Shown: piece by piece, positions 10,651 through 19,470 of the stretch
Layout of the letters: the number at the start of each line of letters is the position of its first letter
Numbering within the stretch: position 1 is the first letter of the stretch
DNA from: Brenneria nigrifluens DSM 30175 = ATCC 13028
GTDB lineage: Bacteria > Pseudomonadota > Gammaproteobacteria > Enterobacterales > Enterobacteriaceae
Length of the DNA stretch: 24,000 nt
Assembly: GCF_005484965.1 (NCBI RefSeq)
Contig: NZ_CP034036.1
Location: 1,328,468 to 1,352,467 of the forward strand
Direction: 5' to 3'
Notes under the pieces: generated by a model
Told to the model about the DNA's origin: nothing
The model's input: the letters and a program-made list of their open reading frames with translations, nothing else
The model's database searches: none
Translations under genes and position numbers: made by a program

Positions 10651-11826
10651 TTAACGCCCGTTGCCCGCCACCTGGCACAGCGCTTTCGCCCCTGCCAGCA
10701 ATGTCGCTTCATCCTTGGAAAAAGAAAGACGAATCAGTTTGTTATCGGTGGCATCGGTATAAAACGCCGACAGCGGAATGGTCGCCACGCCTTGTTCCAC
10801 GATCAGCCGTTTCACCATTTCGCCGTCGCTCTCGTCGCTGAAATGCCGGTAATCCGCCAGAATGAAGAAAGAACCGGCGGAAGGCAGCAGTTTAAACGGG
10901 CCGTCGCGCAGCGCATCGACCAGGAGATCGCGTTTCTGCTGATAGAAGGCGCCGAGCGACAGATAGGTCGCCGGGTCGGCCATGTATTCCGCAAAGGCGT
11001 ACTGCATCGGCGTATCGGCGGAGAACATCAGGAACTGATGCACCTTGAGGATTTCATTCATCAGCGCGGAGGGGGCCAGACAGTAACCCACGCGCCAGCC
11101 GGTCACATGAAAGGTTTTGCCGAATGATGAGACAATCACGCTGCGCGCCGCCAGCGTCTGGTGGGTCGCCATGCTGTGGTGACGCTGATTATCAAACACC
11201 ACGTGCTCATACACTTCATCGGACAGGATCACGATGTCGGTGTTGCGCGTCAGACGGTCCAACTGCGCCAGATCGTCAGCGTTCAGCACCTGTCCGCTCG
11301 GGTTGTGCGGCGTGTTGATGATGATCATCCGGGTACGGGAGTTGATAGCGGCCTGTACCTCATCCCAGTCGATGCTGAAGGCCGGAACGGACAGTTTTAG
11401 CGCCACCGGTTTGGCGCCCTGTAGCCGAACGATCGGCGCATAGCTGTCAAACGAAGGCTCAAAATAGATCACTTCATCGCCCGGATGCACCAGCGCGGAA
11501 ATGGCGGCATAGAGCGCTTCGCTGGCGCTGGCGGTGATGGTGACCTCCTGGCTGGCGTCGTAGCGCTGGCCGTACAGGCGGTTGACCTTCTCCGCGACCA
11601 CCTCTTTGAGCGACACCAGCCCGGTCATTGGGGCGTACTGGTTATGGCCCTGTTCCATGGCGCGGGTCACCCCGGCGATAAGTTCGGGCGCACAGGGAAA
11701 GCTGGGCGCGCCCTGCGACAGGTTGATGGCGTTGTGCTGGCTGGAGAGCTGACTGATAACGGTGAAAATGGTGGTACCCACATCCGGTAATTTTGAGCTG
11801 AATTGCACCGGGGTTTGAATCGGCAT
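10651..11826 (-). CDS. ybdL: PLP-dependent methionine/glutamine aminotransferase, YbdL type
   Basis: KLPDVGTTIFTVISQLSSQHNAINLSQG...NQYAPMTG...IINTPHNPSG...SSFGKTFHVTGWRVGY is collinear with E. coli YbdL. I chose the ATG at 11826 (GGAGA 6 nt upstream, and it matches the YbdL N-terminal length); the track ORF starts at 11868. Confidence 0.85.
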   Translation of the reverse strand: MPIQTPVQFSSKLPDVGTTIFTVISQLSSQHNAINLSQGAPSFPCAPELIAGVTRAMEQGHNQYAPMTGLVSLKEVVAEKVNRLYGQRYDASQEVTITASASEALYAAISALVHPGDEVIYFEPSFDSYAPIVRLQGAKPVALKLSVPAFSIDWDEVQAAINSRTRMIIINTPHNPSGQVLNADDLAQLDRLTRNTDIVILSDEVYEHVVFDNQRHHSMATHQTLAARSVIVSSFGKTFHVTGWRVGYCLAPSALMNEILKVHQFLMFSADTPMQYAFAEYMADPATYLSLGAFYQQKRDLLVDALRDGPFKLLPSAGSFFILADYRHFSDESDGEMVKRLIVEQGVATIPLSAFYTDATDNKLIRLSFSKDEATLLAGAKALCQVAGNGR

Positions 11827-11851
11827 ATCTATCTCCGTTTTCGCCGTAATA

Positions 11852-11869
11852 AGTGAATAATTATTCATT
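11852..11869. promoter_or_regulatory. single perfect ARG-box-like palindrome AGTGAATAATTATTCATT upstream of ybdL
   Basis: The core TGAAT-AATT-ATTCA (11854-11867) is a perfect 14-bp palindrome. All 18 positions fit the ArgR box consensus wNTGAATwwwwATTCANw. It lies 28-42 nt upstream of the ybdL ATG. No second box is found at the canonical 3-bp spacing on either side. Confidence 0.35.
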
Positions 11870-12097
11870 TATTAGACGTTGCGGCGGCTGGCGCCGCAAT
11901 CGAATTGTTGTCATAATAGCCATGAGTAAAATTCATGGCTTAGCCGTTACTTCTCGCTATTCCGGCATAAATCTCAACGGGAGCGACGGGTTGGCTACGG
12001 ATTGCCATCAATTCGCAGCCGCGTTTTTCCTGGCGGCCGATAACATATTTATGTAGTCGATTTTCTTATGGCTCGTTGCTTTAGGGCAGGTTCGATA

Positions 12098-12979
12098 ATG
12101 AATAAACGTATTCCCCCCCTGAATGCCCTGCACGCGTTTGTGGTGACGGCTCGCCATCTCAATTTTACCCGCGCCGCGGAGGAGCTGTTCGTCACCCAGG
12201 GCGCGGTCAGCCGCCAGATCGCCACGCTGGAAGCCTGGCTGGGCGTGATGCTGTTTCAACGTCACGCGCGCGGTCTGCGGCTGACGCCGCAGGGCAGCCG
12301 GCTACTGCCGGAAATCAGCGAGATATTCGAGCAACTCTTCAGCGTGACGAGCAAAGTCCGCGAGCGCGGCGCCATCCGTATGAAGGCTCCTACCTGCGCC
12401 ATGCGCTGGCTGTTGCCTCATCTGATGAGAATGGAGCAGGCGCGGCCGGATATTCACGTATCGCTCACCACCACCACCGAACACGACGTCGATTTTCGCG
12501 CGGAAGACTATGATGCGGCGGTGGTGTTCGCGCCGGACGGCGCGCCGCGGCAGCATGGCGACAAACTGTTTGACGAGGTGCTGTCGCCGGTGGCGGCGCC
12601 GCATCTGCTGCCGGCCGGGCATGCAAGGCTGACGGCGCAGCAGCTGACGCCGTTCACGCTGTTGCATCCCACGCAGGATCGGCGGGACTGGAAACTCTGG
12701 CTGAAAGCCCAGGGTATGGATGAGGGGGTAATGCGCCGCAATCAGCAGTTCGATACCATGGATCTGGCCATCAGCGCCGCGATCCAGGGCTTCGGGGTAG
12801 CGATGGCGGATGTCACGCTGGTGGTGGAAGATATCCGGCGACAGCGCCTGGTAATGCCTTGCGACGAAACGGTAAAAACCGGCGCCGCTTATTATCTGGT
12901 GCATCGCCCTGATGTGCAGGCGCAATGGCTGAGCGATTTTCTGGCCTGTTTCACGCACTGTATTGAAACGGATTGTTGA
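12098..12979 (+). CDS. LysR family transcriptional regulator (GcvA-like subgroup)
   Basis: MNKRIPPLNALHAFVVTARHLNFTRAAEELFVTQGAVSRQIATLE is the HTH, followed by a LysR substrate-binding domain. I chose the ATG at 12098, since this subgroup normally starts just before the PPLNAL motif. It is divergent from ybdL. Confidence 0.85.
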   Translation: MNKRIPPLNALHAFVVTARHLNFTRAAEELFVTQGAVSRQIATLEAWLGVMLFQRHARGLRLTPQGSRLLPEISEIFEQLFSVTSKVRERGAIRMKAPTCAMRWLLPHLMRMEQARPDIHVSLTTTTEHDVDFRAEDYDAAVVFAPDGAPRQHGDKLFDEVLSPVAAPHLLPAGHARLTAQQLTPFTLLHPTQDRRDWKLWLKAQGMDEGVMRRNQQFDTMDLAISAAIQGFGVAMADVTLVVEDIRRQRLVMPCDETVKTGAAYYLVHRPDVQAQWLSDFLACFTHCIETDC

Positions 12980-13066
12980 ATCTTTATCGCCGGTCGGTCG
13001 GTGTTGCGTTTTGCCGCCCGACAGGGGTTTTGTACTGTGAGTTTTCAACGTAAAACGGAGGATAAA

Positions 13067-13653
13067 ATGGCGGACGCTGAGCATGTGGGCAGTGTTTTTC
13101 GGCGGTTACATGAAGACGTCGGCGCATTTATTATCCCCAATCCGTGGGATGTCGGCACAGCCAGAATTCTGGCGGCGGTGGGGTTTCAGGCGCTGGCGAC
13201 AACCAGCGCGGGAATGGCTTTCTCTCTGGGGGTAAAAGAGGGAGAGGTGAGCCGTGAGCAAGTTATCCAACATTGTCGTTCGCTTGTCGAGGCAACGACG
13301 CTGCCGGTTTCAGCCGATCTGGAAAAGGGGTTTGGCGACAGCCCCGAAAGCGCGGGGGCGGATGTGCTTTATGCCCCGGATTACGGGATTTGGATACCAT
13401 CCGCACCCTCTGCCAGTCACTGACGAAACCGGTTAACGTAATAGCCGGTATTCAGGGAACAACCTTTAGCGTCGATCAGTTGGCGCATGCAGGCGTCAAG
13501 CGTATCAGTGTCGGATCGGCGTTATCCCGACTGGCTCTAGGCTCGTTTATCCGGGCGGTGGAGGAAATGAACAATTCGGGTTCTTTCTTATCGCTGGATG
13601 ATGCAATAGGCTTTGCCGACATTGAAGGTTACTTCACCTCCGCCAGCCGTTAA
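13067..13653 (+). pseudogene. isocitrate lyase/PEP mutase family (PrpB-like, COG2513) gene with an internal deletion and a 1-nt frameshift
   Basis: The N-terminal part (FRRLHEDVGAFIIPNPWDVGTARILAAVGFQALATTSAGMAFSLG...LPVSADLEKGFGDSPES) jumps directly to the late motif AGADVLYAP. The frame then breaks at CCCCGGA (13375-13380) and continues in another frame as GLRDLDTIRTLCQSLTKPVNV...GVKRISVGSALSR. The strong SD GGAGGA is retained. Confidence 0.7.
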
Positions 13654-13918
13654 TCAATTCGCACCGCGGGATTTTGGGTAGGTTAAACGGTATCGTCGAT
13701 GCGTTAACCTGCCGCCATCGCGGCTACGGATAATCGCTATTACGGCGCTACTACCTTTCGCGTTTAGAGGGAACTGTCTTTTCTTCGGCACCATGGGGTA
13801 AACGATAACCTTTATCCCGCCACTCAAGCTATTCAGATATATATTATTTTCTTTGGTTATTTGCTGGCCGGGCGGCAGCGGCGAATACTTTATGCTCCCT
13901 ATAATGTGAGAATGGTGC

Positions 13919-14980
13919 ATGATTATGCTGCAACCGATCTTCTCCGGACTGTTATGCGGCGCATTGCTTGGCTTTGTGATGCAACGCGGCAGATTCTGTC
14001 TTACCGGCGGTTTTCGCGATATGTATATCGCTAAAAATAACCGCATCTTTTACGCCCTGTTAATCGCCATTGCGATTCAAAGCGTCGGGGTTTTCGCCCT
14101 GATCGCCGCCGGGCGATTAAGCTACGACGCCGGCGCTTTTCCCTGGTTCGGCACCGTGCTGGGCAGCTATGTTTTCGGCATCGGGATCATAATGGCGGGC
14201 GGGTGCGCCACCGGCACCTGGTATCGCGCCGGCGAAGGGCTTATCGCCAGTTGGATCGCGCTGTTCGCCTATATGCTTTCCAGCGCCGTGATGCGATCTG
14301 AACATTTGACCGCCTTCAACCGGCAGATAAAGTCGCTGAGCACCGAACATAACTCCATTGCCGAAACGCTGGGCCTGTCGCCTTGGCTGTTTATCGCGCT
14401 GCTGATCGCAGTGACCGGCTGGCTGGTGGCGAAAGAGCTGAAAAAGCCCAGGCTGAAGGTCGCCGCGCTGCCGCAGCGGAAATTCGGTCTGGCGCACCTG
14501 TTATTTGAAAAACGCTGGCATCCGTTCGTCACCGCGGTGCTGATTGGGCTTATCGCCCTGCTGGCCTGGCCGCTCAGCGCGGCCACCGGGCGGGTGTTCG
14601 GCCTGGGCATTACCACGCCCAGCGCCAATATCTTGCAGTATCTGGTGATCGGGAATGACAAGTTTCTTAACTGGGGCGTGCTCCTGGTGTTAGGGATTTT
14701 TCTGGGGTCGTTTATCGCCGCCAAAGGTAGTCGTGAATTCCGTATCCGCGCCGCCGACGCCGCGACCTCGGTGCGCAGTTTCTCCGGAGGCATTCTGATG
14801 GGATTCGGCGCCAGTATCGCCGGCGGGTGCTCTATCGGCAACGGTCTGGTGATGACCGCGCTGATCACCTGGCAGGGCTGGGTCGGGCTGGCCTGTATGA
14901 TTCTGGGGGCATGGACGGCTTCATGGTATTTATTCGTCCGTCCGCAGCGTCAGGCGAATCTGCAAGCCGCCTCCAACTGA
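13919..14980 (+). CDS. yeeE: YeeE/YedE family thiosulfate transporter (TsuA)
   Basis: 353-aa polytopic protein. GALLGFVMQRGRFCLTGGFRD, GGCATGTWYRAGEG and GGCSIGNGL are the conserved Cys motifs of YeeE. It is collinear with E. coli YeeE. Confidence 0.9.
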   Translation: MIMLQPIFSGLLCGALLGFVMQRGRFCLTGGFRDMYIAKNNRIFYALLIAIAIQSVGVFALIAAGRLSYDAGAFPWFGTVLGSYVFGIGIIMAGGCATGTWYRAGEGLIASWIALFAYMLSSAVMRSEHLTAFNRQIKSLSTEHNSIAETLGLSPWLFIALLIAVTGWLVAKELKKPRLKVAALPQRKFGLAHLLFEKRWHPFVTAVLIGLIALLAWPLSAATGRVFGLGITTPSANILQYLVIGNDKFLNWGVLLVLGIFLGSFIAAKGSREFRIRAADAATSVRSFSGGILMGFGASIAGGCSIGNGLVMTALITWQGWVGLACMILGAWTASWYLFVRPQRQANLQAASN

Positions 14981-14999
14981 TCGCGTTATAGGAGTCGTT

Positions 15000-15224
15000 A
15001 TGATTAAAAAGCTTGATGTTATCAACCAGGTCTGTCCGTTTCCGCTGATTGAAGCGAAAGCGGCGATGGCGACGCTGCAATCCGGCGACGAGCTGGTGAT
15101 TGATTTCGACTGCACCCAGGCCACCGAGAGTATTCCGCTGTGGGCGGCGCAAGAGGGACACGTCGTCTCCGACTATCGGCAGGTGGGCGACGCCCAATGG
15201 AGCATCACGGTGAGGAAAAGCTGA
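15000..15224 (+). CDS. yeeD: TusA-family sulfurtransferase YeeD (TsuB)
   Basis: 74 aa with the TusA active-site motif QVCPFPLIEAK. It starts 20 nt downstream of yeeE, the canonical yeeED arrangement. Confidence 0.9.
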   Translation: MIKKLDVINQVCPFPLIEAKAAMATLQSGDELVIDFDCTQATESIPLWAAQEGHVVSDYRQVGDAQWSITVRKS

Positions 15225-15264
15225 TATTCTGCGCATCCCATAGCCTTTGGCAACGCCAGGGGAA

Positions 15265-16212
15265 TCAACGGGGGGTGGCATTTTTCGCGCCGAATTCAGG
15301 TAATAAGTCGTCGGTGCCGGGCGCCTGATTGCGGAACACGCGCGCGCAGAGAAAATCGACCAATGCCCGAACCTTGGGGGAGGGATGTTTGCTGGCGGGC
15401 CACAGCACGTGGAAAGTGCCCGTTCGCACCACATGATCGGTCAGCACGCCGCGCAGTCGTCCGTCGGCCAGCAGTTCTTTTACCGAGAAATCCGGCAAAA
15501 AAGCGATGCCGCGGCCTTGCAGCGCAAAGCATACGCGGGTTTCGATGTTATTGCAGACCATCGAGATCGGCACCTGCGGTTCGGGTTCGCCGGCGGCGCG
15601 GCGCAGCGGCCACGTCTCCAGTTTGCCGCTGTTCGGAAAGCGGTAGTGCAGGCAGCTATGGTCGAGCAGGTCGGCGGGCGTCTGCGGCGTCCCCCGTCGC
15701 GACAGATAGTCGGGGGAGGCGACCAGCGTCGCCCGGAAGGCGCCCAGCCGGCGCGCGGACAGACGCGAGTCGGAGGGGGCGCCGGTCCTGACCACGGCAT
15801 CAAAACCTTCGCCGATGACATCGACCAGCCGGTCGGTGAAGTCCAGATCCAGTTCAATCGCCGGATATTTATGCATAAACTCGCTGAGAGCGGGCAATAT
15901 CAGCGAACTGACCAGCGGCAGGCTGACCCGCAGACGACCGCGCGGCGCCGCCGCCGTCTGCGACAGTTCCAGCTCCGCGGCTTCGATTTCAGCGAGGATG
16001 CGGCGGCTGCGTTCCAGGAACAGCTCGCCTTCAGCCGTCAGCGTAATGCTGCGCGTGCTGCGATGAAACAGACGAACGCCGAGCTTTCCCTCCAGTCGCG
16101 CCACGCTCTTGCCGACGGCCGAGGCCGACACGCCCAACAGCCTTCCCGCCGCGACGAAGCTGCGCGTTTCGGCGACCTGCACAAACACCGTAAAACTATT
16201 CAGACTATCCAT
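15265..16212 (-). CDS. LysR family transcriptional regulator
   Basis: I chose the start at MDSLNSFTVFVQVAETRSFVAAGRLLGVSASAVGKSVARLEGKLGVRLFHRSTR (HTH at the very N-terminus). The 76-codon upstream extension in the track ORF has no family support. It is divergent from the MFS gene. Confidence 0.85.
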   Translation of the reverse strand: MDSLNSFTVFVQVAETRSFVAAGRLLGVSASAVGKSVARLEGKLGVRLFHRSTRSITLTAEGELFLERSRRILAEIEAAELELSQTAAAPRGRLRVSLPLVSSLILPALSEFMHKYPAIELDLDFTDRLVDVIGEGFDAVVRTGAPSDSRLSARRLGAFRATLVASPDYLSRRGTPQTPADLLDHSCLHYRFPNSGKLETWPLRRAAGEPEPQVPISMVCNNIETRVCFALQGRGIAFLPDFSVKELLADGRLRGVLTDHVVRTGTFHVLWPASKHPSPKVRALVDFLCARVFRNQAPGTDDLLPEFGAKNATPR

Positions 16213-16419
16213 AACGCGCCTCAATTGCGGACATCTGGTTCCTAATAACCAGGAACTGTACCCTACTTTTTCTTTAATGAAAGACTTTCTATGGTAGTGG
16301 AGAAATTCACCATGAAAGAAGGGATCTGTTTTGACTGACGCCACATTTTCGCTGCGTATGCCCGACTGCTTCGCCGCTTGTTTATCCGATGCCGCCTTTG
16401 TTTCTCCGGGGGCGGGACG

Positions 16420-17628
16420 ATGAGCGCGGCGCAGAAACAAGGGACGAGGAATGCGCTTTTACCGCCAGGCGACCGACTCCCGATGGCCGCGCTGCTCGCT
16501 CTCTCGATGGCGGCCTTTATCACCATTCTGACCGAGGCGCTTCCGGCGGGGCTGTTGCCGCAAATGTCCCGGAGTCTTGCGGTTTCCGAGGCATTGGTCG
16601 GCCAAACCGTCACCTGTTATGCCATCGGTTCCCTGGTCGCGGCCATTCCGTTGACCGCCGTCACGCAGAGTATGCGGCGCAGAGCGCTGTTATTGACTGC
16701 TATCGCCGGTTTTGTCGCCGCCAACACCATCACCGCGATTTCCGCGAGCTATGCGTTGACGATGGTCGCCCGATTTCTGGCGGGCGTATCGGCGGGGCTG
16801 CTATGGGCGCTGCTGGCAGGGTACGCCGCACGCATGGTGCCTGAACATCAGAAAGGGCGCGCCATCGCCATCGCCATGGTGGGAACGCCGTTGGCGCTGT
16901 CGCTGGGCGTGCCCGCCGGCGCCTTTCTCGGCGCGCTGGTGGGGTGGCGCGCCTGTTTCGGCCTTATGAGCCTGCTGGCGTTGCTGCTGATGTTATGGGT
17001 GCGGATCAAGGTGCCGGATTTCCCAGGCGTGGCGATGGGGAAACAACAGTCTGTGGCGCGCGTGTTCGTCATCGCCGGCATTCGTCCGGTGCTGTTTGTG
17101 GTGCTGTCCTTTGTACTGGCGCACAACATTCTCTATACCTATATCGCCCCCTTTCTGGCGAGGTTCGAGATGTCCGAACGGACCGATGCGGCGCTGCTGG
17201 TTTTCGGCATCGCCTCGCTGATTGGTCTGTGGATCACCGGCGCGCTGATCGACCGCCACCTGCGCGCGCTGACTCTTGCCAGTACGCTATTGTTTGGCCT
17301 CGCGGCGTTAGCGCTGGGCGTGTCCGGCAATGCGCCGGCCATGGTTTATGCGGCCATCGCCGCCTGGGGGCTTGCTTTTGGCGGCGCGCCGACGCTGTTG
17401 CAGATGGCGCTGGCCAGAACGGCGGGAGAAGCGGCGGATGTCGCGCAGTCCATGCTGGTGACCGCCTGGAACGCGGCCATCGCCGGCGGCGGTATTATCG
17501 GCGGCGTATTGCTTGACCAGGCGGGCGTCGGCGCGTTTTCGCCCGCCGTTCTGGTCTTGCTGACGGCCACGCTGGCGGTGGTGTGGCGTGCGGCGCGGCA
17601 CGGCTTTCCGTCATCGGTGAAGCGCTGA
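16420..17628 (+). CDS. MFS transporter (12-TM, sugar/drug efflux-like)
   Basis: About 402 aa, hydrophobic throughout, with an MFS-type N-terminus (LALSMAAFITILTEALPAGLLPQMS). I chose the ATG at 16420, just before the first TM segment. Confidence 0.8.
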   Translation: MSAAQKQGTRNALLPPGDRLPMAALLALSMAAFITILTEALPAGLLPQMSRSLAVSEALVGQTVTCYAIGSLVAAIPLTAVTQSMRRRALLLTAIAGFVAANTITAISASYALTMVARFLAGVSAGLLWALLAGYAARMVPEHQKGRAIAIAMVGTPLALSLGVPAGAFLGALVGWRACFGLMSLLALLLMLWVRIKVPDFPGVAMGKQQSVARVFVIAGIRPVLFVVLSFVLAHNILYTYIAPFLARFEMSERTDAALLVFGIASLIGLWITGALIDRHLRALTLASTLLFGLAALALGVSGNAPAMVYAAIAAWGLAFGGAPTLLQMALARTAGEAADVAQSMLVTAWNAAIAGGGIIGGVLLDQAGVGAFSPAVLVLLTATLAVVWRAARHGFPSSVKR

Positions 17629-17737
17629 GAGGGAGGCGAAAGTCGTCGCGGCGTTAGCGCTGTCTGTCGCGATGATATGGCTAACGCCAGGTAGCGGCTT
17701 GTCCGCGAACTGCCGCCGCAACCATCGCCGGACCCGC

Positions 17738-18229
17738 TCACTGCCCGTCGATCCTGACCCGTTCCACCAGAAAGTCCAGCAAGGCGCGCACCGCCACGTC
17801 GGTGCGCTGCTCCAGAATATCGATGACTTCATCGGTAAGGACGATATCCAGCATCACGTCGGGATAACGCGTCAGAAATTCCGCGGCCAGCGGCAGCGGA
17901 AAATGGTTGCCGAAGGTGACGTTGGCATTGACCCTCAGCCGCCCGCGCGGCGTCGAGTGGGCGCTGACGCAGCGTTCCGCTTCGTTCAGATCGTTCAGGA
18001 TGCGCACGCCGCGCTCGTAAAAGGCGCAGCCTTCCGGCGTAAGTTGCAGCTGGCGCGTGGAGCGGTTCAGCAGCCGGGTGCCCAGCCGCCGCTCAAGCCG
18101 CGCGACCAGCTTGCTTACGGCGGAGGGCGTCATGCCGCAGGCCCGGGCGGCGGCGGAAAATCCGCCCAGTTCGACGGCCTGTACAAACACCTCCAGTTCC
18201 CCGGAACGGTTGACCTCCAGACGCGCCAT
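17738..18229 (-). pseudogene. LysR-family regulator with a large in-frame internal deletion (HTH and start of the effector domain fused to the extreme C-terminus)
   Basis: 163 aa. It has an intact HTH (LEVFVQAVELGGFSAAARACGMTPSAVSKLVARLERRLGTRLLNRSTR). ...LEQRTDVAVR then joins directly to ALLDFLVERV, which in full-length paralogs (see 15265-16212: ...KVRALVDFLCARV) is the last helix. The junction is near 17786-17791. The AAGGAGG SD is retained. Confidence 0.7.
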
Positions 18230-18340
18230 AACGGCCTCCTTAATGACTTCAATTCACAACTGTTTTTCCTGATGCCAGTCTAGTTCATTCATGTCGTTGA
18301 GTTCATCATGTAGTGACACATTGCTACTGAATTCACTGAT

Positions 18341-18868
18341 ATGAAAAAACTCACTCAATTCTCTGGTTCCCTGATGCTGAGCGTGGCGCTTGCCGCCGGT
18401 CTATTCCCCGCCGCCGTGCGCGCCGCCGATGAACCGTCTTGGGTCGCGTCGTGGAGCGCCAGCCCTCAGCCGGTGTGGGGTACGGATTTCCTGTTTCCTC
18501 TCAATGCGCCGAGCGAACTGCATCATCAAACCGTACGCCAGATAGCGCGCGTCAGTCTGGGCGGAGAGCGGGTGCGTATCCTGCTGTCCAATGCCTATGG
18601 CCGTCAGCCGGTGACGCTGGGGAAAGCGACGCTGGCGCTGCCGGCGAAGGACGGCGCGCTGGTTGCCGACAGCCTGCGTACCCTGACGTTCGGCGGGCGG
18701 GAAACGGCGACGATCCTCCCCGGCGCAACGCTTATCAGCGATCCGGTCGCCCTGTCCGTGCCGGCGCTGGCGGCGCTGACGACGGGCTATCGTCAATTGA
18801 TCGCTCAGGCGCACCGCCGCGGCGTGCGCGTTATCGGCGCTACGCTGACGCCGTTCGCCGGCGCGCTG
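18341..18868 (+). pseudogene. secreted SGNH/GDSL hydrolase family gene remnant (signal peptide and N-domain, catalytic block deleted, 3' end lost)
   Basis: Signal peptide MKKLTQFSGSLMLSVALAAGLFPAAVRA. The N-domain (SWVASWSASPQPVW...VRILLSNAYG...LTFGG) jumps near 18779 to the late motif GYRQLIAQAHRRGVRVIGATLTPF. No GDS(L) block is present. Homology ends around 18868. Confidence 0.55.
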
Positions 18869-18879
18869 CCCGACACGCC

Positions 18880-19470
18880 GTCGAACTGCACGCCGCCAAC
18901 GGCTATCTGATCAATCAGTTTATCGACTCGCAGGCTAATGCGCGCACCGACGAGTACGGCGGCAGCCTGCCCAACCGCCTGCGTTTTCTGCGCGAGGTGG
19001 TGGAGGCGGTGGCCAGCGTTACCGGCGCGCAGCGTCTTGGGGTGCGGCTCGCCCCGTTGACCACCTTGCAGGGCGCCGTGGATGACACCCCGCAGGCGAC
19101 CTATCTCGGCGCGGCCCGGCTACTGGACGATCTGGGCGTGGCCTATATTCATATCGCCGAGGCGGACTGGGAGGATGCGCCGGATATGCCCGCGGCGTTT
19201 AAAGAGGCGCTGCGCCTGATCTACCGCGGTACGCTGATCTACGCCGGCAAGTATACGCCGACGCGCGCCGAGCAGGCGCTGCGCAACGGCTGGGCCGACC
19301 TGATCGGCTTTGGGCGGCCGTTTATCGCCAATCCGGATCTGCCGGCGCGTTTGCGGCTGGGATTGCCGTTGAATGAACCCGACGCCAGCCGCTTTTTCGG
19401 CGGCGGGGCCGAAGGCTATACCGACTATCCCCGTGCGCGGTCGGCAGGGCGGTCGGGAGGCAAGGAATGA
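18880..19470 (+). pseudogene. Old Yellow Enzyme / N-ethylmaleimide reductase (NemA-like) gene, 3' half only
   Basis: VELHAANGYLINQFIDSQANARTDEYGGSLPNRLRFLREVVEAV...GFGRPFIANPDLPARL...GGGAEGYTDYP corresponds to about the C-terminal 195 aa of a roughly 365-aa OYE. The upstream part of the same track ORF (18439-18879) is only the out-of-frame overlap with the SGNH remnant. Confidence 0.8.

Noticed and set aside
11854-11867. Reading the TGAATAATTATTCA palindrome as a Fur box.
   Set aside because: The Fur consensus is built from GATAAT hexamers (7-1-7 TGATAATnATTATCA). This site has GAATAA arms and no central base, and it fits the ARG box exactly instead.
13900-13905. TATAAT hexamer as the yeeE promoter -10 element.
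   Set aside because: It ends only 13 nt before the ATG, which would leave almost no leader and no room for the SD, and no acceptable -35 lies at 16-18 bp. It is probably coincidental.
15265-16440. The 391-aa extended version of the LysR regulator, and the extended starts at 11868 (ybdL), 982 (VOC), 12068 (LysR), 16378 (MFS) and 13001 (PEP mutase remnant).
   Set aside because: The family N-termini (the HTH at the very start for LysR, and the E. coli YbdL/AlsA N-termini) and the SD positions favour the internal starts. The extensions have no family-like sequence.
18439-19470. The 343-aa ORF as a single full-length protein.
   Set aside because: Only residues from about 148 onward (VELHAANGY...) look like an OYE reductase. 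The first 147 residues are Arg/Ala/Gly-rich nonsense produced by reading the SGNH remnant out of frame.
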